From Mobula hypostoma (lineage: Eukaryota): DNA of 64,000 nucleotides. The notes under the pieces are model-generated. The model had not been told where the DNA came from, searched no databases, and worked only from the letters and a program-made list of their open reading frames with translations. The translations under genes and the position numbers were made by a program. This document shows, in pieces, positions 1 through 12,674 of this stretch. How positions within the stretch are numbered: position 1 is the stretch's first letter; each line of letters opens with the position of its first letter. The DNA lies in the NCBI RefSeq assembly GCF_963921235.1, contig NC_086108.1, positions 10,540,001-10,604,000 of the forward strand. Direction: 5' to 3'.

Positions 1-250
1 CAAAGTAATGTTGCCGCTCTATAAAACCCTGGCTAGACCACACTTGAAATATTATGTTCAGTTCTGGTTGCCTCGTTATAGGAAGGATGTGGAAGCTTTG
101 GAGAGAGTTCAGAGGAGATTTACCTAGATGCTGCCTGGTGTAGAGAGGATGTCTTATGAGGATAGCTTGAGCGAGCTAGGGATGTTGTCTTTGGCGAGAA
201 GGAGGATGAGAGGTGACTTGATAGCGGAGTACAAGATGATAAGAGGCATC
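1..250 (+). mobile_element. CR1 LINE ORF2 C-terminal fragment (decayed)
   Basis: Translates to CR1 C-terminal motifs (..[45 protein letters not shown]), similar to the intact ORF2 in this window. Confidence 0.85.
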
Positions 251-339
251 AAGTTAAGTTCAAGTTTTTGCCCTTCAACCGTATACATGTATACCATAAA
301 ACAGACCGGACCAAGATACACAACACAGTACATATAACA

Positions 340-790
340 CCATAAGACTGCAAGATATAGGAGCAAGATTTGGCCATTTGGCCCATCAAGTTTGCTCCCC
401 TATTTCATCATGGCCGATCCATTTTGCGTTCAGCCCCAATCTCCTTCTTTCTCCCCTTATCCCTTGTGCTCTGACTAAACAAGGACATATCAACCCCTGC
501 CTCAGTGACTTAGCCTCCACAGCCACCTGTGGTAATGAATTCTGTAGGTTCACCACTCTCTGGCCAAAGAAATTTCTCCTCTTCTCCATTCTAAATGGAC
601 GTCCTTCAATTCTGAGGCTGTGCCCTCAAGTCGTAAACTCCCCCACCACAGGAAACTTCCTCTCCACATCCACTCTGTCGAGGCTCATTCAATCGGTTCA
701 ATGAGGTTCTCAGAGTTCTTCAGAGTTCCAGTGAGTACAGTCCTGGGGCCTGCTGCTCATATGATAACCCTTCCAATCTTGGAACTCACA
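340..790 (-). mobile_element. CR1 LINE 3' end fragment
   Basis: Minus ORF 386-589 RRNFFGQRVVNLQNSLPQVAVEAKS matches the CR1 ORF2 C-terminus; a CR1-type 3' UTR follows. Confidence 0.75.
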
Positions 791-1244
791 TGCAACACAT
801 GAAGATATAATACCACAAATACATTAACAAATAATAAAATATATTCCATATAAAATATATTTAGCATATATGACACAAGTTAAAAAGTAATGAATATAAC
901 ACTACAGCACTTCATACGGGATGAGATCTGGGTGATGGAAGGGACTCGAAGGGAGCTCAGTGGTCTACAAACAGAGTGGACAGCCAGTGTCTTTTCCCAG
1001 CAGGGAAATGACTGATACAAGACAGCATAACTTTAAGACGATTGGAGGAAAGTACTGGGGGATGTCAGAGGTAGGTTTGGAATGCATGGAACACACTGCC
1101 AGAGATGATGGTAGAGGCAGATACATTAGGGGCGTTTAAGAAGCTCTTGGATAGGCACGTAGGTGATGGAAAAATGGAGGACTACGTAGGAGGGAAGGGT
1201 TAGATTAGAATAAAAGGTCAGCACAACTTCGTAGGGCTAAAAGC

Positions 1245-1730
1245 CAAGAGCATTCTAACACCATCCAGTAAGGAGGGGCCACTGCACAGGATCAAAAAAG
1301 GCTGCAGAGAGTTGTAAACTCAGCCAGCTTGTGGGCCTTGGGCACCAGCCTCCCCAGCATCCAGGGCACCTTCAAAAGGCGATGTCTCAAAAAGGCGGCA
1401 CCCATCGTTAAAACCCTTATCACCCAGGACATGCCCTCCTCTCATTGCTACCATCAGGGAGGAGGTACAGGAGCCTGAAGGCACACACTTAATGATTCAG
1501 GAACAGCTTCTTCCAATCCGCCATCAGATTTCTGAATGGACATTGAACCCATGGACACTACCTCACTTGCTATTTCTCTTTTTGCACTACCGATTTAATT
1601 TTATATATATGTACTTCTTGTTGTAATTTATAATTATTATCATTATTACGTATTGCAATGCACTGCTGCCGCATAACAACAAATTTCATGACATGTGCCA
1701 GTGATATTAAACCTGATTTGGATTCTGAGT
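1245..1730 (+). mobile_element. Rex1/Babar-like LINE 3' fragment
   Basis: HHPGHALLSLLPSGRRYRSLKAHT-type coding remnant and ATTAAACCTGAT..GATTCTGA tail; this family recurs many times in the window. Confidence 0.7.
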
Positions 1731-2084
1731 TTTTCAGCACTTCTGCCTTCTCTTTTGGTCTCTGTGTTCGTAGGTGTTTCTATCATGTCTCCTCTGATCC
1801 TCGGTCCGGGCTTCAGGAAAGTGTAGCTTCCTTGTGCTGCGTTCCAGTCTGAGAGGAAGGTTACGTGGTGCGGAAGGGTTAGATTGACCTTGGGATAGAC
1901 TAAAACGTCGGCACAATGTTGTGGCCAAAGGGCGTGCACAGTGTGGTAATATTCTATGTGAAAGTGCATTAGAAAGAGAAAGATACAATCTGCATTTCTA
2001 TGACGACTTTAGGACATCCCACACTTCATCCAGTCAGTCAGCGTTCACGGTGTGGTCATTTTTGTAAGGTGGGGAAAGTAAGTC

Positions 2085-2365
2085 ATAGTCACAGAAAAGT
2101 ACATCACAGAAACAGGCCCTTTGGCCCATCTGGCCCATGCTGAACCATTTGAACTGCTAACAACCATCGACCTGCACCAGGACCATCGCCCTCCACACCC
2201 CTACCATCCATGTACCAGCTCAAACTTCTCTTAAACATTGAAATCGAGCTTGCATGCACCATTTGCACCGGCAGCTCATTCCACACTCTCGTGACTCTCT
2301 GAGAGAATAAGTTTCCCCTCATGTTCCCCTTCAACCTTTCACCCTTAACCAATGACCTCTAGTCT
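2085..2365 (-). mobile_element. CR1 3' end fragment
   Basis: VKGERLKGNMRGNLFSQRVTRVWNELP motif on the minus strand. Confidence 0.75.
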
Positions 2366-2761
2366 TCCCTCCATTTTCCTGCTTCCTGCTCCAACCCCAG
2401 TGGAACCCATTTGACTAAAACAGTGAGGCCAAATAAACTTCGCTATAATTGAAAATATATTTCTGAGATTTCAATTTGCAGGCAGAATAATTAAAACATT
2501 AGATCTATGCTTTATCACAATTTTCTGCATTTGGTTGTGGTAATTGGGTTTGGGGAATTATTTTGAGTACAGATCTAATTAATGGACCAGTAACCCATTA
2601 GAGTAATGGAAGTGCTTTTACAGAGTACAAGTCAATCTTACAACTCAAATAATTTCATTATAAGAAGCAAGTGTGGATAGGTCAGGCAGGAGAAGTGGAA
2701 TTCTTTTTCGGATAAGGAGGTGAGGGATCTCTCTACTATCTTAGGCTGGCTGTGCTCATTC

Positions 2762-3580
2762 CACTGGACAACAAAGATTTTGTACTCTGAATACTTTCAG
2801 GTATATTTTATAGATTTTGGCTGCTGATCATGAAAATTAGCATGAAATTTCCCTATCATGTACCAGTTTTTTAAAAAAAATTGCCTACAATTGTTATTTC
2901 AATTCATAATTCAAGTCAGAATATCCGATGCCAAGATTAAGGTAAGAAAGGGATTTTTGTTACTCCACAAATCAAACAGGTCATCAATGACAAGCAATTT
3001 AAAAAACTTCTAGTGGGACTGGAGAAAATCACATGGAAGGCATTCAAGGATGTTGTTGAAAAATTTTCTTGGCAACTACACAGCAAATAGCATGCAGCTG
3101 GTTGACAACATGCTTCAAGCATACAAAACCATGAAGTGAAACATGTCACTAAAGATTCAATTTCTGCATTCCCATTTAGACTTCTTCCATGCAAATCTTG
3201 GCGCTGTCAGTAACGAGCAGTGATGAGCATGGTGAAAGGTTTCACCAGGACATTATGGTCATGGAGAAACGGTATCAGGGCAATAATCAGCCACCAATGC
3301 TGGCTGATTATTGTTGGACACTTAAGCAAAAAGCCTCAGGCACTGAGTACAAATAAAAATCATCAACTAAACATTTTAGCTTATTTGAACTATTGCAAAG
3401 CATCAGCACCATTATACAATTAAATGCATTATATTCAATAAAAGTCAGTTTCTTTTTTCTCCAGATTCCTACATGATACAAGTAGTCTGAAATTATATTT
3501 GTGTTCAGTTTCAAGTGGTCTATCATAAACAAAAAAACTTCTGAGGAAGCAACACTTACAAAAAAATTTGTTGTCCAGTT
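2762..3580 (+). mobile_element. Internally deleted DNA transposon, Chapaev3 (CMC)-like, with transposase C-terminal remnant
   Basis: TIRs CACTGGACAACAAA ... TTTGTTGTCCAGTT; 3-bp TSD TTC at 2759-2761 and 3581-3583; frameshifted coding remnant KEGIFVTPQI..NMSLKIQFLHSHLDFF..DEHGERFHQDI..ADYCWTLK. The family assignment is from recalled features (CAC termini, 3-bp TSD). Confidence 0.75.
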
Positions 3581-3699
3581 TTCTCAAAGCACTGCACGAT
3601 GGAGGTGGACCCACACTGCAAAGCAGCAGGTGGAAGAGTGAGGGGAAAGGAGCGTTAGGAGGTACACCTGGACACCTGCACATTCATACAAATATTTAA

Positions 3700-4445
3700 T
3701 AGGTTGCGATCAACATCAGCAAAACAAAAGAGCTGATTGTGGACTTAGAAAGGGCAAGACGACGGAACTCACACCAGTCCTTATTGAGGGATCAGAAGTG
3801 GAAAGTGTGAGCAATTTCAAGTTCCTGGGAGTCAACATCTCTGAGGTTCTAACCTAGACCCAACATATCGACATCAATGCAGCTACAAAGAAGGCATGGC
3901 AGAAGCTATATTTCATTCGGAGTTTCAGGAGATTTGGTATGTCACCAAAACCAGTTGCAAAGTTCTGTAGATGCACTTGGAGAGCATTCTAAATGGGCTG
4001 CATCTCTGTTTTGTATGGTGGGCTGGGTTGGAGACTACTGCACAGGATCGAGGTAAGCTGAAGAGAATGGTAAAATTAGTCAGCTCCATCAGTATCCAGA
4101 CCATCTTAAAGGAGCAGTGTTTCAGGCAGGTGGTATCCATCATCAAGGACGCCCATTAGGGAGGAGGTACAGAAGCCGAAGACACACACTCAGCTATTCA
4201 GGAACAGCGTCTCCCCCTCTCCATCAGATTTCTGAATAGACATTGAACCCGTGAACACTACCTCACAACTTTCTTTATTTCCTATTTTTTGTACTTCATG
4301 TTTAATATAACCATTTAATATATACTGATTGTAATTCAGAATTTTCTTTTTTTGCTCTATTGTTATGTATTGCAATGCACTGTCGCATAAAACAATGAAT
4401 TTCACAACATCTGCCATTGGTATTAAACCTGATTCTGAATCTGAT
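3700..4445 (+). mobile_element. Rex1/Babar-like LINE 3' fragment
   Basis: KTKELIVD..FKFLGVNISE..LYFIRSFRRFGMSPK..FCRCTLESIL remnant; tail ATTAAACCTGATTCTGAATCTGA. Confidence 0.75.
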
Positions 4446-4514
4446 GTGGCAGCAACTCAATGCATAAATCAGGGGTTCCCAACCTTTCTTACGCCATGGA
4501 CCCCTACTATTAAC

Positions 4515-5265
4515 TTTTCACGCACAACAGTCTCTCAAGTTTATAGAGAATGGTGAGAAAAATGGGAAAAACAATCCTGTGAGTGGTAGTTCTGTGGATG
4601 AAAATGCCTTGATAATGTGAGAGGTCAGAGGATAATGGCCAGAGTGGTTCAAACTGACAGGAAGGTGACAGTAGGAGCCATGTACCTATTCATTGTCCGT
4701 CTGTATTGTATGTTGTGCTGCGTGTTTATTATGGGTAATTTGTCAGCTGGGTTGGGTGTGGTGGAAGCGAAGAGTATAGTTACATATTCACGCTTTGTCT
4801 TAGTCAGTTTAGACTAGTCGAGAGTTTGAGGCCACCAGGGAATGATATTTTTGGTTGACCGCTAGTTATGCGAACTGGAGTGCTTATTTCATTAATTTTT
4901 CTATATTGCTAACTTTAGTTTTGTTAGGTTTTTCACTGCTACAAGATCGTCCACTGGGTTCCCTGGTTTTGTCATAAAAGATTGAATGTAGCTTTTCTGA
5001 CTTGGAACTCAGTTACTTTGGAAGTGTATTGTACTGCGTAAACTCCCGTATTCAGTCTCTCCACTGTTTTGGTTTGCTTTCAAGAAGCCACTACAGCAAC
5101 ATTAACAAATAACCGTGTATTACAGCAGCACTGGGCAGAAGAGCATCTCTGAACACATGACACATCAAACCTTGAGGTGGACGGGCTACAGCAGCGGAAG
5201 ATCATGAACATACACTCCGTGGCCACTTGATTAGCTACAGGAGGTACAAAGTGGCCACTGAGTGT
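4515..5265 (+). mobile_element. Tc1/mariner transposase N-terminal remnant with TIR end, split by an insertion
   Basis: FSRTTVSQVYREW..RGQRIMARVVQTDRKVTV (4515-4670) resumes near 5100 as QITVYYSSTGQKSISEH..TLRWTGYSS; ends GTGGCCACTGAGTG followed by TA. Confidence 0.7.
4671..5095 (+). mobile_element. Probable solo LTR inserted in the Tc1 remnant
   Basis: About 425 bp interrupting collinear Tc1 coding sequence; termini GTAG... and ...CTACA (inverted, initial T missing); ATAAAA motif near the 3' end; no clean TSD. Confidence 0.45.
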
Positions 5266-5429
5266 ATTGTGATTGGCTGGCATGAAGCATGGCTGAAAAA
5301 TTGCATTTCGTTCTGCGAGAAGGAAATAAAGAGAAAGATTAAGATTTCTGTAGCATCTCTCGCATGCTCACAGTGGGTGGCGTGGTGGTGTAGCAGTTAA
5401 GCAATCGCATTACGGCACCAGCTGTAAGT

Positions 5430-5820
5430 TACTGCTTGTTAAGCCGCAGGCGTTTAGGATAGCGATGAACGTCCTCCATCTCTGGCTGTGGCTGTGTTCA
5501 GGGTTTCGGTTTTCACTATCGTCAGTTATGCAAGCCCCGGGTGGAGACTCAGGAATACTGTCGCACTCAGATGTAGAAGGATTCTTCATTGCTGTTTTTG
5601 TAACAGTTTTGTTTGACCAGTCAGGGTGGTTAGCCCTGAGCTGAACCTCCCAGCCTGGAGGACCTCTTAAACTGACCTCTAAACTTTGACCTGTTTGGCA
5701 TGGGTGACCCTACCAAGAGCATAAAGCATAAAGCCCTGACCCCAGCCAACATGGCTCTCCGGGTCATTGAAGCACGTGAGCCTCCAAACCCGACAGCAAG
5801 GTTGTGATCCTCTTGGAGGG
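5430..5820. repeat. Dispersed repeat (probable non-autonomous retroelement fragment); second copy at ~42505-42915
   Basis: Collinear similarity with 42505-42915 (GGGTGGAGACTCAGGAATAC, GCCCTGAGCTGAAC, AAAGCATAAAGCCC). Confidence 0.6.
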
Positions 5821-5842
5821 CTGTCAGAGTTCAATTCCTGCT

Positions 5843-6080
5843 GCTGGCCGCCTGGCATTGTTCATGGGTATGTAGGTGTCCGGTTCACTGTCGAAAAAGA
5901 AGACGTGGGGTCCAAGGGACTGTTGGGCATCGTGGAGGGTTAAATGCCATCCTTGATGAGGATAAGAATGTATTAATGTAATATATATTAATTATGATTT
6001 CTCTGGTCTTTGGTTTTATAATATGATTGTATATTAGTGTAGTGGTCAGAATTTGTAATAAAAATAGTTTTGAAAAAAAG
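5843..6080 (+). mobile_element. Tx1/L1-like LINE extreme 3' end
   Basis: Frameshifted remnant GYVGVRFTVEKE..DCWA..LDEDKNVLM*, then AT-rich UTR, AATAAA and an A-rich tail. Confidence 0.5.
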
Positions 6081-6524
6081 ATAAACCTCGTGAAAGAAGC
6101 TTGCTTCAGATTCTCACAGAGAAGAATTAATATGCACAGTCAACACTTGCAATCACTGCATCTTTCTGGGTTAATAATTGCTGAAATTAACCTTGCTTGC
6201 TTACAGGGGAACAAAAGAAATCCCCAGTGAAACATATTTATCGTTTCACTTACACTGCGCGTCAGGTTGATGTAAAAACTTCAGGATTGCATTCCTACAA
6301 GCAAGGTGTTTGAATGGAGCTCGTCTTCCTTTTACTCACAGGACATCATCAGGATATGCCCCAAACTCTGGCCCAAAACTCCACCCATCCCAGTTCACCC
6401 CTACCCCCATGCCCCCCCCAAAACCCTGATCAGCTCCTTATCGTAGTCAATCCTTTGGTCACAACGGGGAAGCATTTCTGTAAGGTTAGGTTTCTTCTCC
6501 AACCCGTGCTAAAGGAGAAAAGTT

Positions 6525-7372
6525 CAAAGTTCCAAGAAAATTTATTATCAAAGTACATATATGTCACCACATACAACCCTGAGATTCATTGTCCTGTGGG
6601 TGTACTCAATAACTCAAGAAATCCATAATAAAATAAGAGCCATAATAGAATCAGTGAAAGGCCACACCAATTTGGGCATCCAATCATAATGAAAAAGACT
6701 GCAGATACAAAAAGAAAGAAATAATAATAATGAATAAGTAAGCACTAAACTTCAAGAACATGAGATGAAAAGTCGTTGAAAATGAGTCCATTGGCTGTGG
6801 GAACATTTTAATGATGGAGCAAGTGAGTGTAGTTATCCCCTCTGGTCAAGAGCCCGATGGTTGGGGGGTAGTAACTGTTCCTGAGCCTGTTGGTGCGAGT
6901 CCTGAGGCTCTTGTACCTTCTACCTGATGGCAGCAGCGAGAGGAGAGCATGTCCTGGGTGGTGGGGGTCCCTGATGATTGATGCTACTTTCCTTCTAAAA
7001 CATTTCATATAGATATGCTCAATGGTGGGGATGGCTTTAGATGTGATAGACTGGGACATCTCCATTAATTTTTGTAGATTTCTCTCTTCAGAGGCATTGG
7101 TATTTCCATACCAGGCTGCGATGCAGCCAGTCGAAACACCCTCCACTGCACATCTATAGAAGTTCCTCAAAGTTTTAGATGACATGTGAATCTCTGCAAA
7201 CTACTTAGGAAGTCGAGGCGCTACCGTGCTTTCTTCACAATTGCACTTATGTACTGGGTCTGGGACAGATCCTCCAAAATAGTAACACTCAAGAATTTAA
7301 AGTTGCTGACCCTCTCTACCTCAGATGCTCCAAAAAGGACCAGCTCAAGATCCTCTGGTTTCTCTCTCCTGA
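6525..7372 (-). mobile_element. Rex1/Babar-like LINE 3' fragment
   Basis: ORF 6808-7185 (-) NFYRCAVEGVSTGCIAAWYG..HHPGHALLSLLPSGRRYKSLRTRT; tail rc of AAAGTTCAAAGTTC. Confidence 0.8.
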
Positions 7373-8449
7373 AGCCAAAACCCTTCATCAGGACTGGAAA
7401 GAAAGAGGAGAATTCACAGTAAGAAGGAGGGAAGAAGGGAGGAAGATGTACAAGGTGGCAGGTGATAGGTGAAACTGGGAGAGGGGAGGAAAAGAAGTAA
7501 AGAGCTGGGAGTTGATTGGTGAAAGAGGTATATGGCTGGAGGCGGGAGAGGACAGAAGACCATGGAGGAAAGGGGAAGAGGAAGGGGCACTAGAAGAAGA
7601 ACGTAAAAACACCACAAAGACAGCAGCGGAGGATGGGTTTGAACCCCAGTCTCCAGAGTCGTGAGCCAGCTGTCCTTGCCCACAGTGCCGCTCACACTGC
7701 ACGATGGTGCGCATCATTCGAAGTCTCCTTTCTCAGTCTTGTTCACACAACTTTGGACCACAGCTTCACGTTTTGAAATAACACTGCAGCTTTTAATTAG
7801 GTTAAGCTGATAGCTCCATTTGTTGTAATTAAACAAGAGAGGTGCAGTTAGCCAGAACTGCCACATCATCCTAAATGCACAACCTCTGTTTAATGGCTTT
7901 CCCTGCTTGTTACCGTGTGTTCTGTAACAGCTGGCCACAGCCACAGCAAGTCCCTGTGTCTCACACACTGCTCCCCCCGGTGCGGCTGACAGGCTGGAGC
8001 AAGTAAATCTGCCTTTGCAATGCAACCTTGGGGAGTTGCTTGCAAAATGTATGCTCCCAAACTGCCTTTAACCTATGGATTATTGCCGAAACATCGTGCG
8101 GGAGCCAACTGTGAGAGCTTTAAACATACTGAGCCTTGCTTACTGTTCATTAGGGATCATCTCCCAGAATATAGCACAGAGCTGGAATCTAGTTAAGGGC
8201 TTCAGAAGACTGCATGGTTCTGCCTGCCGGATTGCTAGAACGTTCTAATGCAGCCACAGGATATAACACACCCGCCATAATCGAAATGAACCAGCAGAAA
8301 TTCAAGCTTAGACAGAAGCAACACGTCGGCAGTACAGGAACAATTCTGCCTAGTGCCTTTGAATTTTCATTTGGCTGTCCTCAGCTGGGCAAACATTTGT
8401 TTTTTTTATTGCCGAAGTGCATTTATTGAAACTTGTCAATTCTATATAA

Positions 8450-8990
8450 TTCCCCCACTACAGGAAGGATTTTGAGTCTTTGGAGAGGGTGCAGAAAAGG
8501 TTTACCAGGATGTTACCTGGTTTAGAGGGCTTGTGCTATCACGAGAGGCAGGATAAAGTTGGGGTGTTTTCTCTGGAGTGACAGAGGCTGAGGGGTGGGT
8601 GATCTATTAGAGGTTTGAAAAATTATGAGAGGAAGGTAGATGGACTGGGAGTATCTGTTTCCCAGGGCTGAAAAGTCTAATACCAGAGGACATGCATTAA
8701 AGGTGAGAGGGGAGTAGGTTAAAAGTGGATGTGAGGGGCAAGTTTTTTACTCAGAGAGTGGTGGATGTCTGGAATGTGCTGCCTGGTGTGGTGATAGAGG
8801 TAAATACATTAGAGGCTTTTAAGAGATGTTTAGACAGGAGCATGAACATGAGGAAGATGGAGGGATATGGACATTGTGTAGACAGCAGGGATTCGTTTTT
8901 GGGTATATTTTTGATTTCCTTTATAGCTGGTTTGGCACAACATTGTGGCCAAAAGCCCAGTCACTCTGCTGCACAGCTCTATGTTCTATA
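8450..8990 (+). mobile_element. CR1 3' end fragment
   Basis: RKDFESLERVQKRFTRMLPGLEG..DVRGKFFTQRVVDVWNVLP. Confidence 0.8.
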
Positions 8991-9109
8991 ATACCACGAT
9001 GAAGCCACGCAGAGAACAGTAAATAACACAAGCTAAATTAATAAAATAAATCATTAAATCACTATTATTAAATTAATACATCAAATTTAAAATTTATTTG
9101 AATTATTAA

Positions 9110-9570
9110 GACTGTAGGATTCAAGAGCAGAATTAGGCCATTTGGCCCATCGAGTCTGCTCTACCATGTCATCATGGCTGATCCATTTCTCTCTCAGAGC
9201 CAGACTCCTGCCTTCTCCCCGTATCCCTTCATACCCTGACCAATTAAAAACCTATCAACCTCTTCCTTAAATATACATAAATACTTGGCCTCCACAGCCA
9301 CCTGTGACAATGAATTCTATAGATTCACCACTCTCTAGATAAGGAAATTCCTCCTGATCTCTGTTCTGATCGGATGTTCCTCTATTCTAAGGCTGTGCCC
9401 TCTGGTCCTCGACTCTTTCACCATAGGAAACATCATCTCCACATCCACCCTGTCGAGGCCTTTCAATATTCAATAGGTGTCAATGAGATCCCTCCTCAGC
9501 CTTTTAAACTCCAGCAACTACAGGCCCAGAGCCATCTAGTGCGCCTCATACATTAACTCTTTCATTCCTG
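9110..9570 (-). mobile_element. Older CR1 3' end fragment
   Basis: Reverse complement of CR1 ORF2 C-terminus and 3' UTR, similar to 340-790 and 23545-24590. Confidence 0.7.
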
Positions 9571-9571
9571 G

Positions 9572-11125
9572 AATGGTCTGCATCCTAGAGTGCTTAAGGA
9601 AGTAGCCCAAGAAATAGTGGATGCATTAGTGAAAATTTTTCAAAACTCGTTAGATTCGGGACTAGTTCCTGAGGATTGGAGGGTGGCTAATGTAACCCCA
9701 CTTTTTAAAAAAGGAGGGAGAGTGAAACCGGGGAATTATAGACCGTCGGCCTAACGTCGGTGGTGGGGAAACTGCTGGAGTCAGTTATCAAGGATGTGAT
9801 AACAGCACATTTGGAAAGCGGTGAAATGGTCGGACAAAGTCAGCATGGATTTGTGAAAGGAAAATCATGTCTGACGAATCTCATAGAATTTTTTGAGGAT
9901 GTAACTAGTAGAGTGGATAGGGGAGAACCAGTGGATGTGGTATATTTGGATTTTCAAAAGGCTTTTGACAAGGTCCCACACTGGAGATTAGTGTGCAAAC
10001 TTAAAGCACACGGTATTGGGGGTAAGGTACTGGTGTGGTTGGAGAATTGGTTAGCAGACAGGAAGCAAAGAGTGGGAATAAACGGGACCTTTTCAGAATG
10101 GCAGGCGGTGACTAGTGGGGTACCGCAAGGCTCAGTGCTGGGACCCCAGTTGTTTACAATATATATTAATGACTTGGATGAGGGAATTAAATGCAGCATC
10201 TCCAAGTTTGCGGATGACACGAAGCTGGGTGGCAGTGTTAGCAGTGAGGAGGATGCTAAGAGGATGCAGGGTGACTTGGATAGGTTGGATGAGTGGGCAA
10301 ATTCATGGCAGATGCAATTTAATATGGATAAATGTGAAGTTATCCACTTTGGTGGCAAAAATAGGAAAACAGATTATTATCTGAATGGTGGCCGATTAGG
10401 AAAAGGGGAGGTGCAACGAGACCTGGGTGTCATTATACACCAGTCATTGAAAGTGGGCATGCAGGTACAGCAGGCGGTGAAAAAGGCGAATGGTATGCTG
10501 GCATTTATAGCAAGAGGATTCGAGTACAGGAGCAGGGAGGTACTACTGCAGTTGTACAAGGCCTTGGTGAGACCACACCTGGAGTATTGTGTGCAGTTTT
10601 GGTCCCCTAATCTGAGGAAAGACATCTTTGCCATAGAGGGGGTACAAAGAAGGTTCACCAGATTGATTCCTGGGATGGCAGGACTTTCATATGAAGAAAG
10701 ACTGGATGAACTGGGCTTGTACTCGTTGGAATTTAGAAGATTGAGGGGGGATCTGATTGAAACGTATGAGATCCTAAAGGGATTGGACAGGCTAGATGCA
10801 GGAAGATTGTTCCCGATGTTGGGGAAGTCCAGAACGAGGGGTCACAGTTTGAGGATAGAGGGGAAGCCTTTTAGGACCGAGATTAGGAAAAACTTCTTCA
10901 GACAGAGAGTGGTGAATCTGTGGAATTCTCTGCCACAGGAAACTGTTGAGGCCAGTTCATTGGCTATGTTTAAGAGGGAGTTAGATATGGCCCTTGTGGC
11001 TACAGGGGTCAGGGGGTATGGAGGGAAGGCTGGGGCGGGGTTCTGAGTTGGATGATCAGCCATGATCATAATAAATGGCGGTGCAGGCTTGAAGGGCCGA
11101 ATGGCCTACTCCTGCGCCTATTTTC
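9572..11125 (+). mobile_element. 5'-truncated young CR1 LINE (same subfamily as 46063-49994)
   Basis: Near-identical to the 3' ~1.55 kb of the intact element; ends in (TTTCTATG)n tail at ~11102-11125. Confidence 0.95.
9760..11046 (+). pseudogene. CR1 ORF2 reverse transcriptase, truncated (428 aa open)
   Basis: RT motifs YLDFQKAFDKV, SGVPQGSVLGP, KFADD; no endonuclease; small frame-disrupting lesion near 9745. Confidence 0.9.
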
Positions 11126-11506
11126 TATGTTTCTATGTTTCTATATTCTTATGGGGGGCTGGTAATTTAAAATAGACTTGTGAAGGAACATCTTCACCCA
11201 GATGGAGGCGAATCTTGGGAATTCCCTGCCCCAGGCTTTGTAGAGGCTAGTTACTGGGGGATTTAAAGAGGAAGTCAGTAATCTCTTGGAAGATCAGGGA
11301 TTGAGGGTGATGGAGAACTCAGACAGATGGGAAGATAAGACTAGGGTAGATCAGACATGATCATTTTGAATGGTGGTGCATGTCTGAGGGGCTGAGTGGC
11401 CTACATCTATTGTCTGTGAACTTATTGAATTGTCAAACAGGCTCAAGGATGATATTGATTCCTTATAAATGCAGGACATTCCTGTAAGATCAATGCACAA
11501 TGATAT

Positions 11507-12051
11507 TGTGACGGGGTCCTGAATTACCCCTATGAACTGTGCTTTTGGAAAGAGAGAGAGAGAGATGTCCAACACAGACACCTTGTTAAAAGGGAGAGGA
11601 AGAAAGAGAGAGAGAGGCGAAGACTGCTTTGAGATGGTGTTATGGTTTTTCAGCAGCATGTTTACACTTTTGCTAGGACACTGGCAGCTTCCAAGATCTT
11701 ACAGAGAAAGAAGGGAGGAGCTGCTTGATGGACAGCTGGTGTTCAGCACGGTGAGATAAATAGAAGGTTAGCTGTCAGACCTACAGACACATGGTTTTGG
11801 ACACTGAATGAGTTTTGGTGTGCCCACAGAAAAACTGGGTTTTTGGAGGATCGATCAGGCGGATAGATCAGTGGTTCTCACGGTGTGAAAAGGGTATGAC
11901 CGGTGGGGAGTTATTTGTGTGTCCAACCCTCGCCTGGATTGAAAATTCCACCACAGAAGAACGGTCCCCTTTGTGGTGGTCATTGTCGGTGACTTCCAAA
12001 GGATTTTGGAGGACAACGGGAAGATCGACGGCGTCAGTTCACCTGAAGACT

Positions 12052-12089
<38 letters not shown>

Positions 12090-12189
12090 ACCACTCAACT
12101 CAATACCACGAACTGAACTGAACTTTATTCATCATCGTAAGGCTATCTATTTACCCGTAGACTTGAAGAAGCTTGGTTTTCATATATTT

Positions 12190-12240
<51 letters not shown>

Positions 12241-12354
12241 TTATATTCCTGTATTGCGTAGTTACTAATAAATACCATTAGTTAATAGCAATACTGGACT
12301 CCAAAGTGTTTCCCATTTCTGCTGGTTCGTTAACCCATCACGGAGTACGTGACA
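11507..12354 (+). mobile_element. Solo LTR (848 bp) with 4-bp TSD
   Basis: TGTGACG...CGTGACA termini; ATAT at 11503-11506 and 12355-12358; AATAAA near 12267; internal (CT)n and (CA)n tracts. Confidence 0.85.
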
Positions 12355-12674
12355 ATATTGATAGAGTTGTAGGGTGATAGACCTCCACGAGGATCACATC
12401 CTTGTGGTAGGGTTTGGAGGCTTGTGTGCCTGGATGACCCAGAGAGCTATGCTGACTGGAGTCAGGGCCATGTGCTTTGGCTCTCGGTAGGCTTACTCAT
12501 GCCAAACAGGTCAAAAGGAAGAGGTCAGACTAAGAGTGGTCAGCTCCCCTTCCCTGTTCAGAGGTTCAGTTCAAGGAGAACCCAGCCTGACTGGTCAAAC
12601 AAATTGTTACAGAAGCAGCAATGAAGAATGCTTCTTTATCTGTGTGTGACAGTGTGGGCAAGGACAGACAGAGA

